From a virus (taxonomy: Duplodnaviria > Caudoviricetes): a DNA stretch of 64,000 nucleotides. Of this stretch, positions 29,575-38,387 are shown in pieces. Position 1 is the stretch's first letter. Each line of letters opens with the position of its first letter. Below the pieces are notes generated by a model that worked only from the letters and a program-made list of their open reading frames with translations, was not told where the DNA came from and ran no database searches. The stretch lies in IMG/VR virus record IMGVR_UViG_3300031813_000013, positions 12,842 to 76,841 of that record. One strand, written 5' to 3'. The position numbers were made by a program, and so were the translations under genes.

Positions 29575-31728
29575 TTACAGTCCCGTTCCTGCTGGTAATG
29601 CAAGTGCTGTCAATGAATTCACTGATGGAATGACTGTTGGGTCGCTTGTAGTCAATACAACCTTGATAGCAAACTGAATAAACGATGTGTATGTTTGACC
29701 GTTTACGTTTGTATAAGAGATGTTATTGTTTGCCTGATTACTCAACAATACACCAGGTGCATATTCATATTCAATAATGTTGTCAGGATTTGCAGAGTAT
29801 GCTGTGAAATTATTAACACAGGTCATCAATTGCCAGCTACCAGAATCAAATGTCGATGTATCTTGAGAACTCAAAATTTTGTAATAGACATATATGCCGG
29901 TGCCAATTGGTTGATATGCGTCTAAGAATACACGCAAGTCTCCGGAATCATTACCTGGAGCCATAACAACCTTCTTGGTGAAATACTTGGCAAATGAGTT
30001 ACCACCAGTAGAACCTGTTTCACCGTGCACGGAGATAACAGCGTTTGCATTACCACTTCTTGTTGTTGGATCGTAGATTGAGATGGTTGGATTGGTTAGA
30101 TAACCAGAACCACCACTAATCACATATACAGAAGTGATAGAACCATTGTTTGCGGTGAAACCAAGAGTTGCAGAATTGGATCCAATATCAGGACTTGAGA
30201 TGGTTACAGATGCTGTGTTCACATTGTAACCACTGCCTCCATTGACCAATGTCAATATGTTGTTACTGATAGGCATATTGTTGATGATGTTTTTGACCGC
30301 ATACAACGAAACGCCATCATCCGAGATAATAGGAGAAACATTTGGATCACTTGATTGCAAGGTTGCAAACATTGTGAATGAGTTATTTGATGATTGCAAC
30401 AGTATGCGTTCACCATTACCATCATTTAGTGGAATATTATTTGGCATAGCAGTACCTAATTCAGCAGGAGTCACCGACTGTGCTACTGTTTGGACATTTC
30501 CAGATGCCAATGTTGTTTGATAAGAATACAGAATATCAGTACCAGTTGGACTAAAATCTGTTGTTGATAGATTCAATGCATGATATTTACGGTTGCCAGA
30601 GAAAACGTTACCGGCATTCAATACTGTGTTAGCATCTAGTTTGTGTCTCAAATCTTGGTGGGCCAATTTTCTATATGGTAGTCCAGCTGGTATAACAAAC
30701 GGAACTTGTGCTGGTGTACTTGTTGCAAAAACACATTGGTCAATAACAAACATCAAATCGGATGTTTGGTCGGCAGTCCATGTAATTGAGTTTTGTGATT
30801 CAAACAATGCACCAATGTAGGGTGCTGTACCAACTTTAGTTGGGTTGGATGGGTTTGGATCGGTTGGTTTTGCTTTTGCTGTTGATGGTATTGCTATTTG
30901 GTTTTGTGTTGCGTAATACAAATAGTAGTCTGGTGAGTTAGATTTTACCAAAATAGCGTACAATGTTCCCGGTAGAATGTAGACTGGTGCTTGGAAAACA
31001 AATTCAGTATATGTTGTTGGATCCAAAAAGTGTGGGTTCTGAGAAACTTGACATTGATTTGCTTGTAATGTAACAGTGGAATAACTCAATGCTTGACCAC
31101 TTGGATAACCGTTGACTGTAGGTACAATTGAAACGGTGACTGGTGAATTTCCAGATGGAACAGATTGGAAGAATAACTTAACGCTATTTAAGAACAGTCC
31201 ATTTGGATAATTCTTTACGTCAACCAAGAAGCTTTGTGCAATAGGATCGTATGGAGATTTTGTCACAATCACGCTTGTTTGTGCCTGTTGGCTAACTTGT
31301 GTAAATGATTGTGAAGAAGAATCAACAGAAGGAGCAAAATCTAGTTGCTGCGATTGTGTAGATAGACCTGATGCAGTGAATGTCGCTTCTGCATATGTTG
31401 TCGCTGTTGTTGGATCGGTTAAAACTTTTCTATTATCAATACGGAAAACTCTGGAACCAGTTTGAAATGTTCCTGGTGGCACATTAAAAATGCCAACAAA
31501 ATTACCAGCCTCATCAGTAGACAGTTGTAAAGGCTTGCCTGATGAAATAGCATTCAGAACGTTTGTTTGCAATCCTCTGATGCTATATGTTGAGTTGATA
31601 TCTTGGCCACCATTTACACCTAAAGAAATATTTACGGGAGTATCTAATGTTGCAATTTTGGTTGCACCATTATAAGCCGTAATGTTTGCGGTAAAATTCT
31701 GAATGCTTGAGAACGATTGTGTTGCCAT
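29575..31728 (-). CDS. C-terminal half of the DUF4815-type large virion structural protein
   Basis: YDPIAQSFLV, GLFLNSVKLFF, VNGYP, YIGALFESQNSITWTADQTSDLMF, FAIKVVL...IP; motifs I recognise as C-terminal parts of this family. Confidence 0.75.
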   Translation of the reverse strand: MATQSFSSIQNFTANITAYNGATKIATLDTPVNISLGVNGGQDINSTYSIRGLQTNVLNAISSGKPLQLSTDEAGNFVGIFNVPPGTFQTGSRVFRIDNRKVLTDPTTATTYAEATFTASGLSTQSQQLDFAPSVDSSSQSFTQVSQQAQTSVIVTKSPYDPIAQSFLVDVKNYPNGLFLNSVKLFFQSVPSGNSPVTVSIVPTVNGYPSGQALSYSTVTLQANQCQVSQNPHFLDPTTYTEFVFQAPVYILPGTLYAILVKSNSPDYYLYYATQNQIAIPSTAKAKPTDPNPSNPTKVGTAPYIGALFESQNSITWTADQTSDLMFVIDQCVFATSTPAQVPFVIPAGLPYRKLAHQDLRHKLDANTVLNAGNVFSGNRKYHALNLSTTDFSPTGTDILYSYQTTLASGNVQTVAQSVTPAELGTAMPNNIPLNDGNGERILLQSSNNSFTMFATLQSSDPNVSPIISDDGVSLYAVKNIINNMPISNNILTLVNGGSGYNVNTASVTISSPDIGSNSATLGFTANNGSITSVYVISGGSGYLTNPTISIYDPTTRSGNANAVISVHGETGSTGGNSFAKYFTKKVVMAPGNDSGDLRVFLDAYQPIGTGIYVYYKILSSQDTSTFDSGSWQLMTCVNNFTAYSANPDNIIEYEYAPGVLLSNQANNNISYTNVNGQTYTSFIQFAIKVVLTTSDPTVIPSVNSLTALALPAGTGL

Positions 31729-31729
31729 G

Positions 31730-34700
31730 TTATTTCTTATCTTTGTATAGTGATTTCCAGATAGACTCTGCTTTTTCTTGGCTTACGAATAAGCCAGTAA
31801 CAAACATTGCTGCCATCCATGGTAAAGTATTCAACACGGACAATTTATTATATTTCTTACCTTGCAACATGTTTGTGGCATTATTGAAAGACCAAGTAAT
31901 ATATTTTGCCGCAATACCTTTTTTATTTATCATAGGTATTAAAGCCTTAGGACCAATTACATGATATCCTCTGTGCAGTGTACTACCAAGTTTATTGTTG
32001 TCCAATTTTCTCAAAGCCCATGCTTCCAGTCTAGCTAAACGCATTGGAGACCATTCACCACGCTCAGTTAATGCTGTTGCAACAACACAGCAACCTCCGC
32101 CACCACCAGAAGTTGGTTGTGAATTTGGAACTGTCGGCGGCACATATGTTGATGCAACATTTACACCATAGATATAGTTTGATTGAATACTGATTTGTGA
32201 ACCTTGGTAATAATTGTTTACACTAGATGCATTTGGTCCAAGATATACTTGATACACACCTTGGAACCATGCGCCACCACCATACATAACTGTTTGTGTA
32301 CCACCATTAATGTATTGTAGATTTGGTGGCGCAATAGACGAGAACACAACTGTTCCAGATGCATCAGCAATTGTTAAAGCAAATGCAGATTCTGTTGTGC
32401 CTGAACTTGTTGCATTCCATCCAACTGTTACAGAAGATGAAGGTGCTGTGATTGTATATGTGCTTAGTGTACTTGGCGAATTGCTTGGTGAAGTATATGT
32501 GGTGCCTAAACCACTAATTACAACACTTGCAGTACCAGAACTAGCAACAGACAATGTGTATGTTTGACCAGAAATCAAAGACACATTAGGGAATGAAGCA
32601 TTGTATGCTGTACTGTTATTTGGATCACCCCATACACCATACAAGTTCAAGAATGATGAATATCCTTGAGTTGTTGCAGACAAATACAATTGAGTTGTCA
32701 CATTTGATGATAGAACGTTTGCGTAACCACCACCAACACCTGAGATTTCTCCACTTAGAGAGATGCTTGTTGATGATGAAACTGTTCCAGATGCGGTTTG
32801 TGAGCCAGCAACGTAGTTACCATTAACATCAAATGTTCCGTTAACCAATGTTGAGGTGCCAATACTGTTTGGTGCATTAACTGTGTCAGCAACATACAAA
32901 CGAGATTGTGTTCCGTTTGGATAGTTATAAACACTCAACACACGAGCAATTGGATAGAAAGTGCTTGAGATGTAAAAACCAACAACATCACCGGAATTAA
33001 ATGTTCCAGATACACCAGTCAATTCAATGGTGTTTGGTGAAGTCATGTATTTGTCAACATTAACACCATCAAACCAGGTGTATATTGGTGAGTTAACCAA
33101 TAGGCCAGCAGCTTGGACAATGATTTGTTGTTGTCTGATATATGGCAGAATTGCAATGTTTGTCAGATAACCATTGTTTGTTGCAAAGGTAGATGATGTT
33201 GGGTTGTATGCAGAGGATACAACATTTTGCAGTTGGCTGGAATATGTCTGTGTGGTTGTTTGTGTGAAACCAACATAACCATAAGGACTTACTCCACCAG
33301 ATGTAATGCCTGCTTGATTGTGTGAGACATAATTTGCTGTTGTTGTTGTGGATGATGAAGTTCCTGGAATTGTTTGGAAATCACCAGCATTTGTCAAATT
33401 GATACCAGCAGAAGCTTGGTACACTTGCATATTTGGGTCTGTAACCAAAATTGCAGGTGCAGCAGAATTATCAACCCAATTGTCCATAGGTGGTGTCAAC
33501 TGTGCAACACCTTGGTCAACCACAACCGAGAATGGATTAGCAGAAACAACACTTGTTGCCAAAGGTTGTGTTATAACATTAGCTGCTGTATAAGGCAATG
33601 TGAAGATATTGGTCTGTGTGCCTTGAATGCTGTTGATTGCATATGTGTTTGTGTTGTTTAGCGTACCCAAACTATTCAACACCGCAGGGTTTTGCAACTG
33701 GAAGTTATTCACTACTTGCACTGGACCCATCTGGTTTTGTCTAATGTTAATTTTGGCGGCATAGTCTGCGTTGCCAGAATCAGCAGTAGCATAACCAGAA
33801 AAATCATCAACCAAGATACCATAGTTTGGTCGAGCAACACCGTTTGAATTGACAACTTGTGTAGAAGCCGCAGTAGACTCCATAACGCTCAATGATGTAT
33901 AGTACTCAAGATTGTTGATGCGTGTTTCTAAATCTGTAATGTCAGATTTGGCCCAACGTTTGTGTAGTACCTTTTTAACTGATAGGTTAGGTGTCAAACC
34001 AGCAGGTCCTTCACCTGGCACATATGCAGTGTATGGGTCATGATAAAGATTTGCCAACAATAATGTACCAGCTGGTTGTGCTGGAAGTTGTGGAGTTGAT
34101 GATGGATTGCCATTAACAATTTGGAAAGTCTGGTCTTTGGTCAACACCAACAAATCATTTCTTCCCAAATAGTAGCCGTAGTTGCTTTGGAAGTTTGATA
34201 AGTTTTGCGGAATAAGAACACCAACGTCACTTGAACCTGATGGTTGTGTGCCTGTTGAATATTCCCAGATATATGATGTTTGTCCGTTCACACGAGAAGT
34301 TCTAAAGTCCACACAGTCTCTTAGTTTGTATGTGCTACCGTCTTTTGCTGTGTAAACAGGCAATTGGCCATATTGTTCGGGTGATGTTGAGACACCACCA
34401 TAAGTTGAGTTTGCAGCCATGTATGATTGCAAGCTGAAATAGCCGTCACCAGATGAAGCTTGAGTGTGTGAATAATAATTGAACACAACAAGTAGATTAC
34501 CTGATGGTAATGGTGCACCTGGAATCAAAGAAAGTGAACCAAAATCATAAAAACTGTCTCTTTGGCCATTGTCTAATGTAAAGAAGTTTGTGATATCAGT
34601 CAATGAAGACAATGCTGTACCTGATGCGGTACATGCGGATGAACCAGTATCATAGATTTTTACAATGTTTTTAATGTCTGTCACATATAAAGACATTTTG

Positions 34701-36937
34701 GTGTTATAAGAAACCGCAGCTTTATTGATTAATGCTTGTGCATTTGTTAGGTCAATAAAGGTGTTACCTGTAACAGAAGTCATGGTTGAACTGCCAACTG
34801 TTGTGTTGCCACCCACCAAGTTTTTAGATTTCAGAACATAGTTATTGTTGTCTGCATTCGATACAGAAACTTGAGCAATAATATCAACAGCCATACCCGC
34901 ATATGTTGCTGAATAGAATGTTGCTGTTGTTTTGTCTGAAGAAATGGTAATTGTATTTCCAGATGATGTAAAATCTAGAATATTACCGGTCGATGTGTTG
35001 ATAACAATAAAGTTCTGTTGGTTTACAGTACCAGTTGATGTTGTGGTTGGTCCCTCAAAACGCAATGGACTACCGCCATTTCCAGATGTGGCCAACAATG
35101 TCAATGTGTTGCCTGTAAATGATTTGTTGCGATAAACACGCTGTGAGTAATAACTTGAACTTGATAGGTTGGCAACATATTGGTAACCAATCGGGAAAAT
35201 CAATTCGGGACTACCTGGATTATTTAATAATGTTGGATTACTACCCACACCTTGCAGTTTACCGTATGCAGCATTGACGTTAGCCTGTGCGGAGTTTGTG
35301 GGAGTGGTCATCGAATTAATGTTTGACGCATTAAAATTCAATGTGAAAGTTGTTGCAGAAGAAGGTGTTACGGTGAAAGCTGGAGTAACTGTGAAAGTTT
35401 TGGTTGCTCCAGATGATGTATACTGTGTGATAGTACGAACATCAACAACCGCACCTGTGGTTGCAGTTATTGTTACACCGGTATAAGCATTTGCTGTTGC
35501 TGAGAATATGTCGGCCGTATCATTCACAACCAAAGTTGTTGGTGTGGAGCCTGTGGTGTTTGCAGTTCCAGATAATGTGTTTGCTGTGAAATCCGATAGA
35601 TAAGCATTATAGACATATGTTTTGGTGTTGGAACCAGAACCTGCCACATATGTTAAGTTTCTAAGGAAAGCAGTACCTGCAATTGTTGAACTGAATGTTG
35701 TTGTATTGGAATAATTTACACCAGAAGCACCAACACAGTGCAAGAATACTTGTTGTACTTGGCCAACATCAAAAACACCATTGATAGTATCTACTGTAAT
35801 GTAGTTACCATAATCAACATAAATTGCATTTTCAATGATAGAATTTGTATTTCTTGCACGTTGGTTGGTCAAGACTTGGGGTGATTGATTTTCAACACGA
35901 TAACCATGAACATACGCAACACCTTTACCAATTTTCAAATCATATTCACTAGAAACACCCATCGAATTTGCGGTTGGTGTTAAAGAGAAATCGTTAACGA
36001 TGTAATCTCCGTTTGTTTCATAGTCACGTTTTGCAAAATAATCATCAAGTGTTGAGTATGAGGTACCATTCACTTGGCTTACAATTTCACCATTCACGAT
36101 ACGAAGCAGTTCAATGAAACTTTGGTCATTACCCAATGTCAATGGAAGCTGAACCAACGACAATGAGATAACATAACGGTCTGCACCTGGTGCTTGGTAG
36201 TTTGACGCACCGATGGCTGGATCCAACAAAGATGGATCGTCCACATAGTCATAAATTGTTTCTGTAATTTCTAGACCAATACGGCAATTTGGTGAATTGT
36301 CATATTTGTCCAAAACGATAGTTTGTGGTACAACATCAACAAAATTACCAATAGAGTATGTTTGACCTGTTGATGCTGATTGTGAGTATCCATTGACAAT
36401 GTAGAATACGCCGTTTGCAATAGATGCTGTTGAAGAAGGTCCTATGGTAGCATTTGTGGTGGTGGCTGTCGCAATTGTTGCATAATATGATGTTTCACCA
36501 GCAGATTGAATTGTCAAACCATCAGTAAATTGTGTTCCAGATAGATAAGAAACAATTAGCGTTGGTGGATCACCAACTGTGGTTCCGCTAGATGTGGATT
36601 CTACAGTTGCAATAACACGGGCAAGAATTGTACCTGTTGCGCTGTCAAAAATAACTTGATTTGCAAAATTGGATGCTTTAATGTTCTGACCGTTGTATGT
36701 TGGGTTCAACTTCAGATAAAAACAATTGAAGTTGGTAGTAACTTGACCGCCAGTTACAGGAGTATTTTGTGAATAAACAGCAGAAGCAAACTCAGAAATC
36801 TGATTTTGTAGAATTGTTTGTGATTGCGTCAACTCACGGGCTTGAACAGCATATCCAGGTTTGAATAAAATTCTATGGAAGTTTTTGCTTGGGTCGAAGT
36901 CATCGTAATATGGACCCGTATCGAAATTAATAGCCAT
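31730..36937 (-). CDS. DUF4815-type large virion (baseplate-associated) protein, N-terminal part, ending in a Gly-linker + Cys-initiated domain
   Basis: PYYDDFDPSKNFHRILFKPGYAVQARELTQSQTILQNQI; DYFAKRDYETNGDY; DITDLETRINNLEYYTSLS; GILVDDF. Confidence 0.85.
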   Translation of the reverse strand: MAINFDTGPYYDDFDPSKNFHRILFKPGYAVQARELTQSQTILQNQISEFASAVYSQNTPVTGGQVTTNFNCFYLKLNPTYNGQNIKASNFANQVIFDSATGTILARVIATVESTSSGTTVGDPPTLIVSYLSGTQFTDGLTIQSAGETSYYATIATATTTNATIGPSSTASIANGVFYIVNGYSQSASTGQTYSIGNFVDVVPQTIVLDKYDNSPNCRIGLEITETIYDYVDDPSLLDPAIGASNYQAPGADRYVISLSLVQLPLTLGNDQSFIELLRIVNGEIVSQVNGTSYSTLDDYFAKRDYETNGDYIVNDFSLTPTANSMGVSSEYDLKIGKGVAYVHGYRVENQSPQVLTNQRARNTNSIIENAIYVDYGNYITVDTINGVFDVGQVQQVFLHCVGASGVNYSNTTTFSSTIAGTAFLRNLTYVAGSGSNTKTYVYNAYLSDFTANTLSGTANTTGSTPTTLVVNDTADIFSATANAYTGVTITATTGAVVDVRTITQYTSSGATKTFTVTPAFTVTPSSATTFTLNFNASNINSMTTPTNSAQANVNAAYGKLQGVGSNPTLLNNPGSPELIFPIGYQYVANLSSSSYYSQRVYRNKSFTGNTLTLLATSGNGGSPLRFEGPTTTSTGTVNQQNFIVINTSTGNILDFTSSGNTITISSDKTTATFYSATYAGMAVDIIAQVSVSNADNNNYVLKSKNLVGGNTTVGSSTMTSVTGNTFIDLTNAQALINKAAVSYNTKMSLYVTDIKNIVKIYDTGSSACTASGTALSSLTDITNFFTLDNGQRDSFYDFGSLSLIPGAPLPSGNLLVVFNYYSHTQASSGDGYFSLQSYMAANSTYGGVSTSPEQYGQLPVYTAKDGSTYKLRDCVDFRTSRVNGQTSYIWEYSTGTQPSGSSDVGVLIPQNLSNFQSNYGYYLGRNDLLVLTKDQTFQIVNGNPSSTPQLPAQPAGTLLLANLYHDPYTAYVPGEGPAGLTPNLSVKKVLHKRWAKSDITDLETRINNLEYYTSLSVMESTAASTQVVNSNGVARPNYGILVDDFSGYATADSGNADYAAKINIRQNQMGPVQVVNNFQLQNPAVLNSLGTLNNTNTYAINSIQGTQTNIFTLPYTAANVITQPLATSVVSANPFSVVVDQGVAQLTPPMDNWVDNSAAPAILVTDPNMQVYQASAGINLTNAGDFQTIPGTSSSTTTTANYVSHNQAGITSGGVSPYGYVGFTQTTTQTYSSQLQNVVSSAYNPTSSTFATNNGYLTNIAILPYIRQQQIIVQAAGLLVNSPIYTWFDGVNVDKYMTSPNTIELTGVSGTFNSGDVVGFYISSTFYPIARVLSVYNYPNGTQSRLYVADTVNAPNSIGTSTLVNGTFDVNGNYVAGSQTASGTVSSSTSISLSGEISGVGGGYANVLSSNVTTQLYLSATTQGYSSFLNLYGVWGDPNNSTAYNASFPNVSLISGQTYTLSVASSGTASVVISGLGTTYTSPSNSPSTLSTYTITAPSSSVTVGWNATSSGTTESAFALTIADASGTVVFSSIAPPNLQYINGGTQTVMYGGGAWFQGVYQVYLGPNASSVNNYYQGSQISIQSNYIYGVNVASTYVPPTVPNSQPTSGGGGGCCVVATALTERGEWSPMRLARLEAWALRKLDNNKLGSTLHRGYHVIGPKALIPMINKKGIAAKYITWSFNNATNMLQGKKYNKLSVLNTLPWMAAMFVTGLFVSQEKAESIWKSLYKDKK

Positions 36938-36946
36938 TTTATTCCT

Positions 36947-38374
36947 TTAGAAACCTAATACAAACTTAAATTGTTCAATGCCATCATCACTTCTTTGAAC
37001 GCCTTGTCTATTCTCTATGTATGTGATGTAACCAGAATACGGAATAACTTCCGGTTCTGTAACATTAAACACAGTTCTGGAACATCCAGATAGAACACCA
37101 GTGATGGCTTGACCAATGATAAAAGTACCTGTTGTATTTATTAACTGTAATAGATTGGTTGATGTGTTAAATGATAAAACTGTACCAGAAAAAACCAAAT
37201 TTGGTGGAGAATTGGTGTCATATTGTGTGACAACCTCATCTGGCTGAAAATAACCAAGGCCGCCAGCACACTGGACTTGTAGTGTGGTGTTGTATAGTGG
37301 ATTTGTAGCTAAGACTGCTCCAGATGCACCATATGTTTGTGGATTAGAGATTAAACCAACTTGTCTATATGTTACACCATCAGTGGGTATGACTCCACCT
37401 TCTGTACCGTTGAATTCAACAGCAAACATAATGCTGGAACAACCCAACTCGGAAATTGGATCATATCCGTGTCCACCAATAGGTGAAATAGGTGCTTGGA
37501 GCACAGCCGAGTTTGCAATTGCTATTTGATACTGCATATTTGATGAAGTATAAACATTCACAGAAACATTGGCGTTTGTATAATTTGTTCCTGGTGCAGT
37601 GACAGCAACGTCAGTAATCGTGCCATTGACAACTAATGGTGGTGTAATGTTTGCGATTGCACCAGTTCCGTCACCAGTAATGCTTACGGTTATAAATGTG
37701 TTAACTGCATCATAGCCAGAACCACCACTCAATACATTGACTACTTCAATATCACCGCAGCCGGCTGGAGTTAGGTATGGTTGTGGTGTTTGTTGACTTG
37801 CTGGTATAGGCATCCAAGTTGAATCCATGAATGTCTTTTTGCTTCCTGCGTCAATGGTATACATGTATTTCCATTTGTACAGGTCATTATTTTCATAAAT
37901 GTTGTTTGTGCTATATGAACCTGGTTCAAAATATGGTTCATAAGTTGATGGCGCACCATTGTTATTCCACAAGCACTTGAAAACTTGGTCATAGCGATTC
38001 TTAACATAGAATTGATAAATCAACAAATTGTTTTCGTCTTTTGCTTGTATGTCTAGTGTATCGATATAAGCGGTATAAACAGTATTTGCTGTCCAGTTTA
38101 CACGTTGAATGACTGGAGATATGTTATAACTGTTCAATTGCTTGATTGCAAACATGTTTCTGAATACTTTTTTCAGATAAGCCGCATCTTCTGTTGGTTG
38201 TACTGGAGTTTCTACACCATTTACAGTTGGCCAAGAATCTTCTTGTCCCAAGAACGCATACAATGTTGCAATTTGGTTACCGCCTGCTACAATAATAGGC
38301 ACATAGTAATCCAGATTGACCTGGAATAGAGGTGTGTTGTATGTGAGTTTGTTTAAATTTAAAATATTTGCCAT
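36947..38374 (-). CDS. gp8: Baseplate wedge subunit
   Basis: QRVNWTANTVY, FYVKNRYDQVFKCLWNNNG, DLYKWKYMYTI, ISPIGGHGYDPISELG, YIENRQGVQR...EQFKFVLGF. Confidence 0.88.
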   Translation of the reverse strand: MANILNLNKLTYNTPLFQVNLDYYVPIIVAGGNQIATLYAFLGQEDSWPTVNGVETPVQPTEDAAYLKKVFRNMFAIKQLNSYNISPVIQRVNWTANTVYTAYIDTLDIQAKDENNLLIYQFYVKNRYDQVFKCLWNNNGAPSTYEPYFEPGSYSTNNIYENNDLYKWKYMYTIDAGSKKTFMDSTWMPIPASQQTPQPYLTPAGCGDIEVVNVLSGGSGYDAVNTFITVSITGDGTGAIANITPPLVVNGTITDVAVTAPGTNYTNANVSVNVYTSSNMQYQIAIANSAVLQAPISPIGGHGYDPISELGCSSIMFAVEFNGTEGGVIPTDGVTYRQVGLISNPQTYGASGAVLATNPLYNTTLQVQCAGGLGYFQPDEVVTQYDTNSPPNLVFSGTVLSFNTSTNLLQLINTTGTFIIGQAITGVLSGCSRTVFNVTEPEVIPYSGYITYIENRQGVQRSDDGIEQFKFVLGF

Positions 38375-38387
38375 GATTTATTTATCT

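Noticed and set aside
31730-32092. Intein/Hint domain at the GGGGG-C junction
   Set aside because: No Hint block motifs (no TxxH, no terminal HN) and the segment looks helical; reported instead as a different Cys-initiated domain
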